Shown here: positions 41,154 through 52,004 of the stretch, one piece after another
Layout of the letters: each line of letters starts with the position of its first letter
How positions within the stretch are numbered: the first letter of the stretch is position 1
DNA from: an uncultured delta proteobacterium
Lineage (GTDB): Bacteria > Desulfobacterota > WTBG01 > CAIYCZ01 > CAIRTM01
Reading direction: 5' to 3'
Length of the DNA: 64,000 bases
Assembly (NCBI GenBank): GCA_963804955.1
Contig: CAWDSQ010000007.1
Location: 352,001 to 416,000, forward strand
Made by a program: the position numbers and the translations under genes
Notes under the pieces: generated by a model
The model's input: only the letters and a program-made list of their open reading frames with translations
Database searches by the model: none
Told to the model about the DNA's origin: nothing

Positions 41154-42437
41154 TTAATACGCCTGCTGGAGATACGAAATAGTAAACATGCTTTTATCAA
41201 CCTTTTCCGTCCCGACCTCATAAATTTCCTGCAGCGGAAGCGATGCATGGGTGCGCTGAAAATCCAGGAGCATAACCCCGACAATCATGTTTTTCATTTC
41301 ACCCTTCTTGGTCTTGAAGTCCGCATGGAGATATTCAAAGCACTTCCAGGGCCGTTTCAGCTCGTCATACAGTTCGGTATACAGCACTAAATAGGTCTCG
41401 GGATCAACATACCAAACCCGCTTTGAATAAATGTAATTCGGGTCTTTGCTCTTTACTTCAACCACATAGGTCGAAATCCGCTCGCGGGTTACGTTGTTCG
41501 GGATCGCCTGGCCCGGTGCACGCTGAAACATTTTAATGTCCGTATGCCGGGAGCAGAGCATTTCTTTTTTTCCGATCAGCTGATAGGTATTGCGCTGGAT
41601 ATGGCCGTCCCAGCCGTATTCATCGTCATAAATCATATCAGTGCCGTCAATGGTATCGGTGCGCTGGCCGACATTAATGCGCCTGATTCTGCGAAAGGGC
41701 GCATACCACATGTAGCCGTCATCTTCTTTATTCTTGTCAATGTAGCGCAGGTTAAAAAACCGCGAATTCTGGCTTTCCGGCGGATCGTACAGATGCAGAA
41801 ACAAGCCCCCGGTGAATGCCCTTTTCGTTTTTCGTCATATGCCGGAATCGGCTCAACATCGGTACGGTGAATCCAGTACAGCTCCCACTGGTCCTGATGC
41901 GTGGTCCGCTCTATTGCGACGCCGGGCGAAATAACCGGGCCTTTCCGCGCATAGTGGTTGGCATCGCCATGGGTGTTGAAGTCATAGTTCCAGGCGATCT
42001 CAAGCCCGTTTTTTGGATTGGGGAACGGCACGCCTGCAATTTCGGCATAGTTTACGATGTCGCCATCGGCATTCACCTTGACGATCGGGGCATACTTCTT
42101 TGTTGCCGCGATCACTCCTGTTCGTCTCAATCACCTGCGTGATAGGGGGTGATGGAAAAAAACAGGCCGTCCTTCTCGGGGCGCCCCATTTTTTCGGATC
42201 CTTGTACAGCTGAACAATCTGCTCGGGAAGAAATTGCGCGACCTGATCAATATTGCTTTTATCAATCTTCTTGCCGGCCCATGTCTTTTCCCACTCCTGA
42301 ACTTTAGCAAGCTCATCAGCCTTGTATGCTGCAACAGGATACTGCACATCCTGGGCCTGAGCTGCGCCGCAAAACAGAAACATCATGCCGGCTGCCGCTA
42401 TGGATGCTAATGATTTTTTTAATTGTTGTGCTGACAT
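41154..42437 (-). CDS. DUF1329 periplasmic protein (LolA-like lipid-sorting fold); several frameshifts
   Basis: Signal peptide, IDKSNID, GVPFPNPKNGLEIAWN, WYAPFRRIRR, GTDMIYDD and YIYSKRVWYVDPET. Confidence 0.8.
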
Positions 42438-42469
42438 ACAGCCTCCTTATTTTTTATGATTAATACAGA

Positions 42470-44017
42470 TTAAAATTCATAGCGAATTCTGAACAGTATG
42501 CTGTCCTTGTCATGCAGCCCCATATTGGTGCTTGTGGTAGAGCCGTATATGGGAAGAGCCAGCTCCCAGCGCCAGTGGCGCCCGGGGGCATAGGACAAAA
42601 TGGGGCAGAGAAAATATTTTCCTATGGGGTTGTAGCTGCCGGTGAACATGGCCATCACCTGGGAATTGAACAGCTGCTGCGAAACGCTCCAGACAAACTC
42701 GGTGGCGTGGCTGTCACCGGCGCGATGTCCTCTGCCGCTTTCATAAATGATAATATCGTGGAAGTCACCCAGCACTTTTTCATAAAACATGCTCAGGCTT
42801 ATGCTCATTTTTTTGTCATCGGCAAGATTATGGGTGAACCAGGGAATCGTAAACCGGTCGGAATACACAAGGCCCCCGCCGACCGTGTCGCGCTCACACT
42901 CAGCATATATCTCGCTGGACTCATGATTGGTGCCCTTATTGAAATGATTGCCCATTTCATAGAACCATTCAAAGCGCCATTCAGAACCGTGCAGGCTCTC
43001 GATAATCGTCTGTGCGGTTCCGCCGAGCACTTCATAGCGCTTGTAATTAAAAACCTTATAGCCCGGGAACTTGGGGTCTATTTCGGATCCGGTCAGTATC
43101 GATTTAATGCCTGAAAATACATAGGTATTGGCAAATTTACTGAAGTTATCGTTGGCGGTCGGTGAATCGCTGCGGGTATTGAAATAGAATGCGGACCAGT
43201 CTATATCCCAGGCATAGCCCCTGATTTTAAAGCCGACCTCGGTATTTCTCAAAGCCCATCCCGGCGCATCCCGGCGCGCCTTTTCCTGCACCCACTCATA
43301 AATCCCGAACCCCTTGCCCGGATTAAATGAAGTTGCGGCAGGGCTGGGGCCATAATGCGTTCCTTCAATCGGCACCCGGGCATACTTGAAATCGCCGGGA
43401 ATGACAAGCATCTCGAACATGAGATTCCCCGGAAGGTCTGTCTGATAAAATCCCCGCAGCATCCAGAGGCCAAGCTTAATGCTTTCCCAGTCCTCCGTGC
43501 CGGGAGAGCCCTGCCGGACGTCGACCGGATTAATGACATCGGCGGTCCGCTTGATATCGGTTTCCCCCCACACGACTATCTGCTTGCCCGCCCTGAGCTC
43601 GAAGGGGCCCTTGATAAAATGAACATATGCTTCAGTTATAAAATCCTCATCACGGGGGCGCGTATAGTCCTTGTAGGCAAAATCAGGGATTGCCCGCTTC
43701 AGCTGGCTGTCAATCTTCGGCGTATGCTCCCACCAGTACCGCACGCCGGCGAAGAGGTTAATGGTCATGTCCTCCGCCTCATGCAGCTTGTAGAGCGATT
43801 CCAGCATGGCGCTGGTGCGGACAAAATCAAAATTTGACTTGTGAAACCGGTCCTCTTCTTTCGGTATATCCAGGCGCAGAAAAGCCTGCTCCTTGACATA
43901 CCCGTTCATCTGAAGCTTCCCGTCCATGAGAAAAACAGTTGCCTGTGAGGCAGGCGCGGCCAGAAACAGATACACACATCCGAAAATCATACAGGCTGTT
44001 GCTAGTGTTTTTTTCAT
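42470..44017 (-). CDS. DUF1302-family outer-membrane beta-barrel
   Basis: Signal peptide, EAYV..LRAGKQIVVWGETD..ADVINPVD, and a C-terminal IRYEF beta-signal. Confidence 0.8.
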   Translation of the reverse strand: MKKTLATACMIFGCVYLFLAAPASQATVFLMDGKLQMNGYVKEQAFLRLDIPKEEDRFHKSNFDFVRTSAMLESLYKLHEAEDMTINLFAGVRYWWEHTPKIDSQLKRAIPDFAYKDYTRPRDEDFITEAYVHFIKGPFELRAGKQIVVWGETDIKRTADVINPVDVRQGSPGTEDWESIKLGLWMLRGFYQTDLPGNLMFEMLVIPGDFKYARVPIEGTHYGPSPAATSFNPGKGFGIYEWVQEKARRDAPGWALRNTEVGFKIRGYAWDIDWSAFYFNTRSDSPTANDNFSKFANTYVFSGIKSILTGSEIDPKFPGYKVFNYKRYEVLGGTAQTIIESLHGSEWRFEWFYEMGNHFNKGTNHESSEIYAECERDTVGGGLVYSDRFTIPWFTHNLADDKKMSISLSMFYEKVLGDFHDIIIYESGRGHRAGDSHATEFVWSVSQQLFNSQVMAMFTGSYNPIGKYFLCPILSYAPGRHWRWELALPIYGSTTSTNMGLHDKDSILFRIRYEF

Positions 44018-44048
44018 ACTGCCCCCTTTAGTTAATGGTGTATGATTT

Positions 44049-46388
44049 TTATTTTCTGCCGACGATAAATGACGGCTTAATAAGGAGGATCAGGCTCGGA
44101 ACAACCAGAAGTGCGCCTATCATGTTCAGCGTCAGCATTACCGCAAGAAGAAGGCCCATGAGGGCCTGAAACATCATTTTTGACAGAAACCAGAAAACGA
44201 TCCCGACAATAAGCGTTGTCGCTACATAAATAACCGCCTTGCCGGTGGTGCCCATGGCTATGGTAACCGCCTCGGACAGGCTTTTTCCGGCCTTGCACTC
44301 CTCGATCATCCGGCTCGCGAGATATATCCCGTAATCAACGCCAAGGCCTATGCCGACTGCCGAAACCGGCAGTATTGCCGTGGTCAGGGGAAGCGGCGGA
44401 TTATTGAGCACCATGAAGGCGCCGGTGAGGAAATTGGAAAGTATAAGAGGTGCGATCATGATGAAGCCTGCAACAAATGACCTGAAAGCCCCTACGCAAA
44501 ATAAAAAAACTATGAACAGCGAGAGAAACAGCGTCAGCAGCTGATATTCCGTAAGCGTTTCATTAATGCCTGCCTGCACCCCGACAGCGCCTCCGGCAAG
44601 CCGGTATTTCATACCTGTACCGGCGATGGTTGATTTGTCTTTTATATATTCATGAATCCTGCCCATAACTTCGCTGATGGTCTGGGCTGTCTTGTCCCTG
44701 CATAAAATAACGATATTCGTATTTTGATCTCCCATGTCGACAAATTTATCAAAGCTTCCCGGGCCGCCCATCTGCATGGCGGAGCGGTAGAGAAACTCGG
44801 TCTGGCTGTCATCTGTCGGGAGAAATTTCCAGCGCGGATCCTGCTCGCGCATCCCGCTGTGTATTCCCGGTATGCGCCCCTGCAGGGTTTGGACCATAAC
44901 GACTTTTTTATTGGGGGTCTGCTTCATATAGCGGGAAAAATTTGCCACTTCGCGGGTTACCGCCGCCCGGGCAACGCCCTGAGCCTTGCCGGTATCCAGC
45001 ACGATATAGAGCGGATTCAGCAGCGGCATTGAAAATGTTATCCTGAAGCTGTCGACATTGTAGCGGTGAAATGGCCAGAGCACCTCTGAGCCGGGGACTG
45101 CGCTGCCGATGGTGATTTTATCCATATAGGTGGCTCCCCAGATGCACAGTGCAACGGCTGCAGCAGTGACTACGTATTTTCCGCTCCGGTTCAGCCACCC
45201 GCCAGTAAGCATAAGAGTCTTATCAAGAAGGCTGCGCTTCTGCGTCTCTGCCTTGAGCGGCATGTATGCAAGCAGCACCGGTATAAACATCAGGGCGACT
45301 ATGATGGTAATAAATGACCAGAATGCGCAGGAAAGGGTGATTTTCTGCAAAATTGCTATGGGCGTGATGGCAATAATAACAATCCCTGAAGCATCGGTGA
45401 GAATGCCGGCCAGGCCGGGTACAAAAAGGCTTTGAATAACCTTTTTGCACGCTACCAGATTATCCCCTGTCTTGCCGGCCTCTTCCTGATAGCGCTTGAT
45501 CACCTGGGTTGAGTGGGATGCCGCCATGGCCGCAATCAGAAACGGGAAGACCAGCACAAGGGGATCAAGGTTGAAATTCAGCAGGCTCAGAAACCCCAGC
45601 CCCCAGATTGCGCTGATGGCCGCTGCCGCTACCGGCAGCAGCATGCCCCGCTTTGAACGAAAGAAAAAATAAAAAACAGCCAGCATGGCAAGGATGGTAT
45701 AGGATACAATTTTTACCACATCGCCCACATAGCTGTCGATATAGCCAAGGTGCATGGGCTCGCCGGCGATAGCTATTATATGGTTGCCATCCTCTGCTTT
45801 TTTGCGCAGCTCCTGCAGCTCTTTAAAGCAGGTTGCATAGTTAATCTGCTCTTCAAAAAAATCCACCATGACAAGAGCGCTCTTGCTGTCAAGGGAGACA
45901 AGCCCGGGATAGCAGGCCGGATTTCCGTAGATATCAAGCTTGAGCTTGTGCAGCTGCTCTTCGGTTTTTGGAACATCGGGCCACATGACCGGCTCTGAAA
46001 CATAGCCCTTACTGGTGAGCTGCATGTTCCTTATTTTTTTCTCTGCTATGGACAGAATTTTATACCGGTCGACGCCTTGAAATTTTTTGAGCTCATCGTT
46101 AATGAATTTAACTTTACCCAGCGTGTCCGGGTTGAAGATATCCTTGTACTTTCCTCCCTTTGCAGGATCCTTCACCTGCACCATGATCAGGACCTGGTTG
46201 GATCCCCCGAAAACATTTCGTATTTCATTGTGAACGTTGATATAGGGATGATTTTGCGGCAGCAGGTCGGTATAGATGGTTTTAACGCTTATTTTGCTTG
46301 CAAAATAGCCGAAAAACAGGGTTGCAATTATAACAAAGCTGAGTACATAATGCCGCCTGTCTATAATGAAATTTGCAATGCGTTCCAT
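44049..46388 (-). CDS. MMPL/RND-family inner-membrane transporter
   Basis: DLLPQNHPY, two 6-TM repeats, GIGLGVDYGIY and TTGKAV. Confidence 0.92.
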   Translation of the reverse strand: MERIANFIIDRRHYVLSFVIIATLFFGYFASKISVKTIYTDLLPQNHPYINVHNEIRNVFGGSNQVLIMVQVKDPAKGGKYKDIFNPDTLGKVKFINDELKKFQGVDRYKILSIAEKKIRNMQLTSKGYVSEPVMWPDVPKTEEQLHKLKLDIYGNPACYPGLVSLDSKSALVMVDFFEEQINYATCFKELQELRKKAEDGNHIIAIAGEPMHLGYIDSYVGDVVKIVSYTILAMLAVFYFFFRSKRGMLLPVAAAAISAIWGLGFLSLLNFNLDPLVLVFPFLIAAMAASHSTQVIKRYQEEAGKTGDNLVACKKVIQSLFVPGLAGILTDASGIVIIAITPIAILQKITLSCAFWSFITIIVALMFIPVLLAYMPLKAETQKRSLLDKTLMLTGGWLNRSGKYVVTAAAVALCIWGATYMDKITIGSAVPGSEVLWPFHRYNVDSFRITFSMPLLNPLYIVLDTGKAQGVARAAVTREVANFSRYMKQTPNKKVVMVQTLQGRIPGIHSGMREQDPRWKFLPTDDSQTEFLYRSAMQMGGPGSFDKFVDMGDQNTNIVILCRDKTAQTISEVMGRIHEYIKDKSTIAGTGMKYRLAGGAVGVQAGINETLTEYQLLTLFLSLFIVFLFCVGAFRSFVAGFIMIAPLILSNFLTGAFMVLNNPPLPLTTAILPVSAVGIGLGVDYGIYLASRMIEECKAGKSLSEAVTIAMGTTGKAVIYVATTLIVGIVFWFLSKMMFQALMGLLLAVMLTLNMIGALLVVPSLILLIKPSFIVGRK

Positions 46389-46397
46389 CCCGACCCT

Positions 46398-47477
46398 TTA
46401 TTCTATGATGTTTTTTTCAAGGCCTTCCGGCATTTTGAAACCCTCAAAGATATAGGACATCCCGGAGCAGAAACTCCATGTTTCACCTGCATCGACAGTT
46501 TTAAGAACAGTTCCTGCTGCGCCCACTATCCAGCCCTTCTCCTGGCTGCTGAAAAAAATATCCGCAAGAAGCAGCTTCGACTTAATGGTCTCATCCTGCT
46601 TCTCCCAGGTCAAACCGCCGTCGCGAGACAGCAGGTACGTGCCCTTATTGCCCACAGCCACCCCGCGGTTTCCCTTGATAAATATATTGTAAATCGGCTC
46701 GCCCTTTTTGGTTTTCAATATTTCCCAGGTAGCGCCGCCATCGGCTGTTCGCATGATTGTGGAGTCCATGCCGCATATCCAGCCATGCTGCGCATCGCTG
46801 AAATGCAGGCCGAACAGCGTCGGCCGGGGATTATCGTATTCATCCTCAAGAGTTTCCCGTTTGAAAAACTCCGGAACCACAGGCTCCCAGGTCGCCCCGC
46901 TGTTTGCGGTGCGCAGCAGAATGCCGCCCTCACCGACAATCCAGCCGTTTTCCCGGTCTACAAAACAAACTTTATTGTATATTTTATCCTTTTCACTGCT
47001 TTGCTTTATCCAGGTGTTCCCGCCGTCTTTCGTGTGCAGAATGGTTGAATATTCACCCACCGCCCAGCCCAGGTCCTTGTCTGCAAACCAGACCGCCATC
47101 AGGTGCCGGTTTGTTCCCGTATCCTGGCGCTTCCAGGTGGCGCCGCCGTCAGCAGTGTGCAGCATCACTCCTTTTATGCCGGCGACCCAGCCGTTTTTAT
47201 CGTCTATGAACATGCTGTCGCACAGAAGGCTGTCAACCCCGGATTTTTGCTCCACCCAGGTCTCCCCGCTGTCTGCGGAGTGGTATATGACGCCGAAATC
47301 ACCTGCAATCCATACATTTTTATCATCGGGAGCTGAAACAGAGATCACATCATCGGAGGTGACCATTTTTATATTGGGCATTTTCATTTTTTCCTTGGCC
47401 TTGCCGCACCCCTGCATGACAATACATGCAGTGCTTATGGCGATAATTGCCGCCAAGTGTACATATCGTTTACACAT
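46398..47477 (-). CDS. YCF48/BNR-repeat beta-propeller lipoprotein
   Basis: Lipobox MQGC; repeated GW.VG..G.ILHT.DGG.TW. Confidence 0.9.
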   Translation of the reverse strand: MCKRYVHLAAIIAISTACIVMQGCGKAKEKMKMPNIKMVTSDDVISVSAPDDKNVWIAGDFGVIYHSADSGETWVEQKSGVDSLLCDSMFIDDKNGWVAGIKGVMLHTADGGATWKRQDTGTNRHLMAVWFADKDLGWAVGEYSTILHTKDGGNTWIKQSSEKDKIYNKVCFVDRENGWIVGEGGILLRTANSGATWEPVVPEFFKRETLEDEYDNPRPTLFGLHFSDAQHGWICGMDSTIMRTADGGATWEILKTKKGEPIYNIFIKGNRGVAVGNKGTYLLSRDGGLTWEKQDETIKSKLLLADIFFSSQEKGWIVGAAGTVLKTVDAGETWSFCSGMSYIFEGFKMPEGLEKNIIE

Positions 47478-47546
47478 ACCCCGGTCCCCTTAGCATTGGT
47501 TGCCCACCTTTTCCCGTTCCTTCAACGACCAGATGCGCACCCGCCA

Positions 47547-47753
47547 TTATTCTTCAGTAATGGTTATCGCCTCTTCCGGGCAGGCATCACGGCATGCCAG
47601 GCACATGTGGCACATATCCTTTGCTTCCTCAATCACCTGCGCCCGCTTTTTGCCGTTATCGGTATCGACTAATGTCCAAAGCTCAAGGCCGCACATTTCA
47701 ACACATTTGCCGCAGCCGCGGCATTTAACGGGATCAACAGTATGCCTGACCAT
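47547..47753 (-). CDS. 2x[4Fe-4S] ferredoxin
   Basis: CRGCGKCVEMC and CHMCLACRDACP. Confidence 0.9.
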   Translation of the reverse strand: MVRHTVDPVKCRGCGKCVEMCGLELWTLVDTDNGKKRAQVIEEAKDMCHMCLACRDACPEEAITITEE

Positions 47754-47768
47754 AACAAAACTCCCTGT

Positions 47769-48176
47769 TCATAGTGCTGCCTTAACGGCATCAACTGCGT
47801 TTTTAAATTCCTGATCCTGCTCGTACAGCCGGACCATGGCATCAAAAAAAGGAAAAAGCGCCATGAAATGAACTGCCGTATTGGGATCGGTCTTGTCGCC
47901 TTTGATAATTTCTCCCTTTTCCCGGATCTCCATGAGGTCGTAGCTGTTGTCGATCGCGCCACACAGGTCGATATCGGTCATCGCATGGCCGCATGGCAGT
48001 CCTCGCGCATGCCGACTTTCAAGCATAACGGTGCCGTCTTTTATGACGATCGTTGTCTCATCTTTATCCAGCTTCATCCCGACTTTATGGTCCTTGAAAT
48101 CAGCCAGCATCTCCTGAGCGGCGGGGTCGGAATTCGCAAAGCGTACGCCCTGCTGAAGCACATCGATCATTGTCAT
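47769..48176 (-). CDS. SCP2 (sterol carrier protein)-like lipid-binding domain protein
   Basis: About 135 aa; TIVIKDGTV...D....ID...DLMEIREKGEIIKGD is the SCP2 pattern; GGGAG RBS. Confidence 0.55.
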   Translation of the reverse strand: MTMIDVLQQGVRFANSDPAAQEMLADFKDHKVGMKLDKDETTIVIKDGTVMLESRHARGLPCGHAMTDIDLCGAIDNSYDLMEIREKGEIIKGDKTDPNTAVHFMALFPFFDAMVRLYEQDQEFKNAVDAVKAAL

Positions 48177-48193
48177 GGCGGAAATTCTCCCTT

Positions 48194-48907
48194 TCAAAAG
48201 AAAATTTCGGGTAGCTGTTCGGAGCCAGGGCAGCGCCACATGCCTTGCCTGCGGGGCGGCAGCTGGATTTTCGAAATACTCCTTCAGCATTGTTTTGACG
48301 CACTGAATTTTCCGCTGCATCTCCTTCCGTTTTGCCGCGATCCTCCGCGGCTGCAGCGGATGCGCAATACTCAATATAGCTTTTCAGGTACTCCGTGTGG
48401 GGCGCAAGCGCGGCAAGCCGCATGCCTTCCCGCTCGATCGGGATGACGGCTGCCGTATACACTATGGAGCGCAGGCCCGCAGGTCGTCGTCCTCTTCCGG
48501 CGTTATGCCGGGCAGGCTTGCAATTTTTCCCACAGGGGGCCGAGCGGCTCGCAAATATTTCTTTCTGTACGGCTCATCAACCAGGCATGTCAACCGTCGG
48601 GATCAGGTCGACGAAAATGCCGACGCTGCTCTTGTCTTCTGTCCCAGCGGGAAAAGAATATCGGCAGTTCATAGCCCTCTGCGGGAATAATCGAGCAGAG
48701 GCCCAGGTTTGCAGACTCGTCGGGAATATTTTGCCCAAGAACAATTTTTTCAATCTTCTCGGCGGTAAAAGCCTGAATGGTTCGCGCTGCCGGGCAGTTC
48801 CGCAGCGCAATATCCCTGCCTTGTAGCTTTTTCGTCCCGGCCAGGGCAAGCGCTTCGAGAACCTCTTTCATTTTTTCAACATACGGCGTCCATGTGATCT
48901 CAGCCAT
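48194..48907 (-). CDS. ferredoxin-dependent bilin reductase / RCC reductase-like protein 3; multiple frameshifts
   Basis: IEKIVLG, SIIPAEGYELPIFFSRW, IFVDLIPTVD, EPYRKKY and EYLKSYIEY spread over several frames; paralogous to 48923..49695. Confidence 0.6.
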
Positions 48908-48922
48908 TATCCTGCCCTCCCT

Positions 48923-49695
48923 CTAGAAAATAAGACTGACGAATAGTTTCATTTTTTCCTCGCCGAAAAGCTTTTTGATCACCTCTCCGCCCGGATCAAG
49001 GTCGCGGTAGTATTTCTGCAAGGCCCGCTTTCTCGTGAGCATTTCCTGCTTATAGGCGGGATCACGGATGGGCTCGGCTTTTTTCATCATCTCAAGCCAG
49101 ACACGGGCATAGTCGACGACGGCATCAAGCACGGCGAGGCGGTCCTCGGGCTCCTCAACGCGGCCGTCAATCGGGTAGGGGAGAGGGTCGCGCGGGCCCA
49201 TGGCCACGGGGCATACCGGCTTTGCACCAGGCAGCGGCCGTCTTTGGTAAAGCCCGGGAATGGCTGCGGTATTTGCGCCACAGCATCTCGCTACGGGGTT
49301 CGAGATATTTTTTACGGTATTCCGGATGAACGGCGATATCCACGACCGGCATGAGGTCAAGGGTAATGCTGAGCCGCGGCGCGCTCTCGTCGAATTCGCA
49401 GGCCATGATCGGCAAATCATAGTCATCGCTGCAGGTAAAGTTGAGGGCGCAATACTTGGCCCTGCCCATGTAGTGGAGTTCGCCATAGGTTATTTTTTCT
49501 ATTTTGTCCGACCCTTTCAGCACAAAGGGTTTGTAAAACCCGCTGGCAAGGGGCGTCTTGAACTCCCAGGCAGGCCGCGTGTCCACGCCGCATATATGTT
49601 TCCAGCGGCTCCAGCTCCAGTCCCTCGAACATTTTTCGATTCACTACCAGTTCATCTGTAAAGCGAATCATGTCTTTGAAATCAACCCGCGCCAT
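48923..49695 (-). CDS. ferredoxin-dependent bilin reductase / RCC reductase-like protein 2; multiple frameshifts
   Basis: IEKITYG, DYDLPIMACEF, ITLDLMPVVDIAVHPEYRKKYLEP, DYARVWLEMM and YYRDLDPGGEVIKKLFGEE; GGAGG RBS. Confidence 0.75.
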
Positions 49696-49739
49696 AGGCA
49701 CTCCTCCCGCGTGAAATTGTTTGCTGCAACACTGCTCCC

Positions 49740-50025
49740 GGCTATACGATCGACCGCGCCACAAGCTCTGCGAGCATCAATAAGCTTCAGCGGTACGGCA
49801 TATTCCTGCTTCGCGTCGCTGAAATTTTCAATGCACAGCGGACATGCCGCTATCAGCACCTCAGCGCCGGTTTGAACGTCCTTGTCACGCCGTTCACGAT
49901 GCCGCTGTCAACGGGCATACTCTTTTGCCCAGACGCCCGGCCACCGGCCCCGCAGCACCAAGCGTCCCGGCAGCTGCGCTTCATCTGTATAAACCCCGCT
50001 ATGTCTTCCCGGCAGGCAGGGCGCA
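49740..50025 (-). pseudogene. remnant of a CCG-domain Fe-S oxidoreductase C-terminus
   Basis: QMKRSCRDAWCCGAGG and LIAACPLCIENFSDA in different frames; homologous to the end of 54462..55743. Confidence 0.7.
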
Positions 50026-50045
50026 TGGTAAGTAACCTTTCAAAT

Positions 50046-50101
50046 GTATTCCTTAAGACTACTACGTTGAGGATGATAGTCTTTGAAATACAACTTGTCA
50101 A
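50046..50101 (-). promoter_or_regulatory. promoter with operator driving the FDBR-uptake-hydrolase-chelatase operon
   Basis: Minus-strand TTGACA (50096-101)-17-TATCAT (50073-78); GTATTC-cttaa-GACTAC at 50046-50062. Confidence 0.7.
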
Positions 50102-50420
50102 GAAAAAAGTTTTGTTTTTTAGCAGCCGAATTGACTCAAATTAAATGTAACCCGGGGGATGTTCTGAACGAGCAAAAAAGGTATCGTTGCGTCATATAAC
50201 CGGCAGCCAAAAGGAGTCCATGCATTATGCCCTTACGGTCCAGAAAAGAATATCGCCAGATCACCACACAGCGCTATCAAACAACAGATTGTTGTTTTTA
50301 GATTTCAGGCGCACTAAACATATATAGGGCGATATTTTATATTTATGGGGATAATTGATCGGCTGGAAGAAACAACATGCTTAAAAAAATGATGCGGGAA
50401 AAGCTGCTGCACAAAACATT

Positions 50421-50900
50421 CTACCGGCGGCGGGAGTTGGCAGGGGCGGTGGCCTGTTCCTCTTTGCGTTCCACAGGCCGATGTGCTTCAGGATTTTTTT
50501 GATCAGCTCCGGCAGCTCGATGAACGCAATAACTTTCATTGCACCCCGGCACGTGAGACAGCACAGCGGATCGACTTCCTATATTTTCTGTCTCAGGCGC
50601 GCCCATGTTTTGCGCTGTGCAGGAGACAGTCTGCCGCCTTCGATGATGTGCAAGATACCATCATCTGAGTTTTCTTTTTTTCGTTTACCCCGTGATACGC
50701 AGCGGTACTACCCGTACCAGAGGACCATCTGCTTCCCGCGGTTGGGAACAGGGGAGCACATGGCTCCAATCCATTCCCGGGCATCAAAGGTCTTGAGCTT
50801 TTTGCCCTTTTTTGCTTGATAAACACCCTCAGACCGCTTCCTGATGTATGTCCTGCGCTCCGGTAAAAAGGAGGCCCGAATAATGTAACGGGCACTGTTT
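50421..50900 (-). mobile_element. IS91-family transposase C-terminal remnant (pseudogene)
   Basis: Minus-strand reading FDAREWIGAMCSPVPNRGKQMVLWYG*..TWARLRQKI*EVDPLCCLTCRGAMKVIAFIELPELIKKILKHIGLW, with stops. Confidence 0.75.
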
Positions 50901-50902
50901 TT

Positions 50903-51901
50903 TTAACCGGGCAGAAGCTCCTTGAGCTTATCTTTAAACGCAGGCAGCACCTTTTTCCAGTCGCCGACAACACCAAAATCGGCATAGTTGAAAATAGGCG
51001 CCTCGGGGTCTTTATTTATGGCGATGATACTCTTGGACTGGGCGCAGCCGCTCAAATGCTGTATGGAGCCGGAAAGTGCTATGGCAATATAAATATCGGG
51101 GTTGACAATTTTTCCGGTAATCCCAACCTGCCGGTTGGGGGCCAGCCAGCGATTATCGCAGGCGGGCCTTGAAGCGCCAACCGCGCCGTTCAACAGTGTT
51201 GCCAGCTCCTGCAGTTGATTAAATCCCTCGGCACTGCCGATGCCTCTGCCGCCGCTGACTATTATAGAAGCCTCTTCAAGCCGTACCCCTCCTTCATTTT
51301 CCGTTACCCGTTTCAACAATCTGGCTCGTATGGCTGAAGGGTCCAGGCCGGCATCAATAATAATGACCTCTCCCTGCTTTGAGGCATCGGGCTCCGGGGG
51401 CGGCATGAGCTTGTCCCGCACTGTAGCTATCTGCGGACAGGAGTCGGAGGTGAAGGTAGCCTGGGCATTTCCGCCAAAGACATTTTTAATTTGCAGCAGC
51501 AGCTTTGTGTCAGGGTCAATAGCAAGGCCGACACAATCCAGAGTGGCCGTTGTGTCAAGCCGAAAGGCCAGCATGGGAGCCAGGTCGCGACCGACAGATG
51601 TCTGCCCTAAGATGAGGATCCGGGGCATTACCTGCCTGACTACTTTTTCCATCACTGACAGGTATGCATCTGTCTGGTACTCTTTCAGCAGCGGATCATC
51701 AACAACATATACTGTATCGGCGCCTGAGGCGATAGCCTCTTGAGCCAAACTTCCCACATCACTTCCGACCAGCACCGTGCATAATTCCTGCCCCAGGTCA
51801 TCGGCCAGCTTTCTGCCGAAGCCCAATACCTCCCGGGAAATCGAAGGCAGTGTGCCTTCGGCGATCTCGCAATACGTCATAATGCCGTTATATTCAGCCA
51901 T
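50903..51901 (-). CDS. etfA: electron transfer flavoprotein alpha subunit
   Basis: IVSGGRG, VGASRPA, QVGITGKIV, ALSGSIQHLSG and AINKDPEAPIF. Confidence 0.95.
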   Translation of the reverse strand: MAEYNGIMTYCEIAEGTLPSISREVLGFGRKLADDLGQELCTVLVGSDVGSLAQEAIASGADTVYVVDDPLLKEYQTDAYLSVMEKVVRQVMPRILILGQTSVGRDLAPMLAFRLDTTATLDCVGLAIDPDTKLLLQIKNVFGGNAQATFTSDSCPQIATVRDKLMPPPEPDASKQGEVIIIDAGLDPSAIRARLLKRVTENEGGVRLEEASIIVSGGRGIGSAEGFNQLQELATLLNGAVGASRPACDNRWLAPNRQVGITGKIVNPDIYIAIALSGSIQHLSGCAQSKSIIAINKDPEAPIFNYADFGVVGDWKKVLPAFKDKLKELLPG

Positions 51902-52004
51902 GAGATTTACCTTTTTCAGATTAGCTCGCTTCGCTTTTTTCTGCACATACAGTTTGTTTCACAACCTCTAGTCGATCAAGGCTGATGCACTGCCTGATTC
52001 CGGA

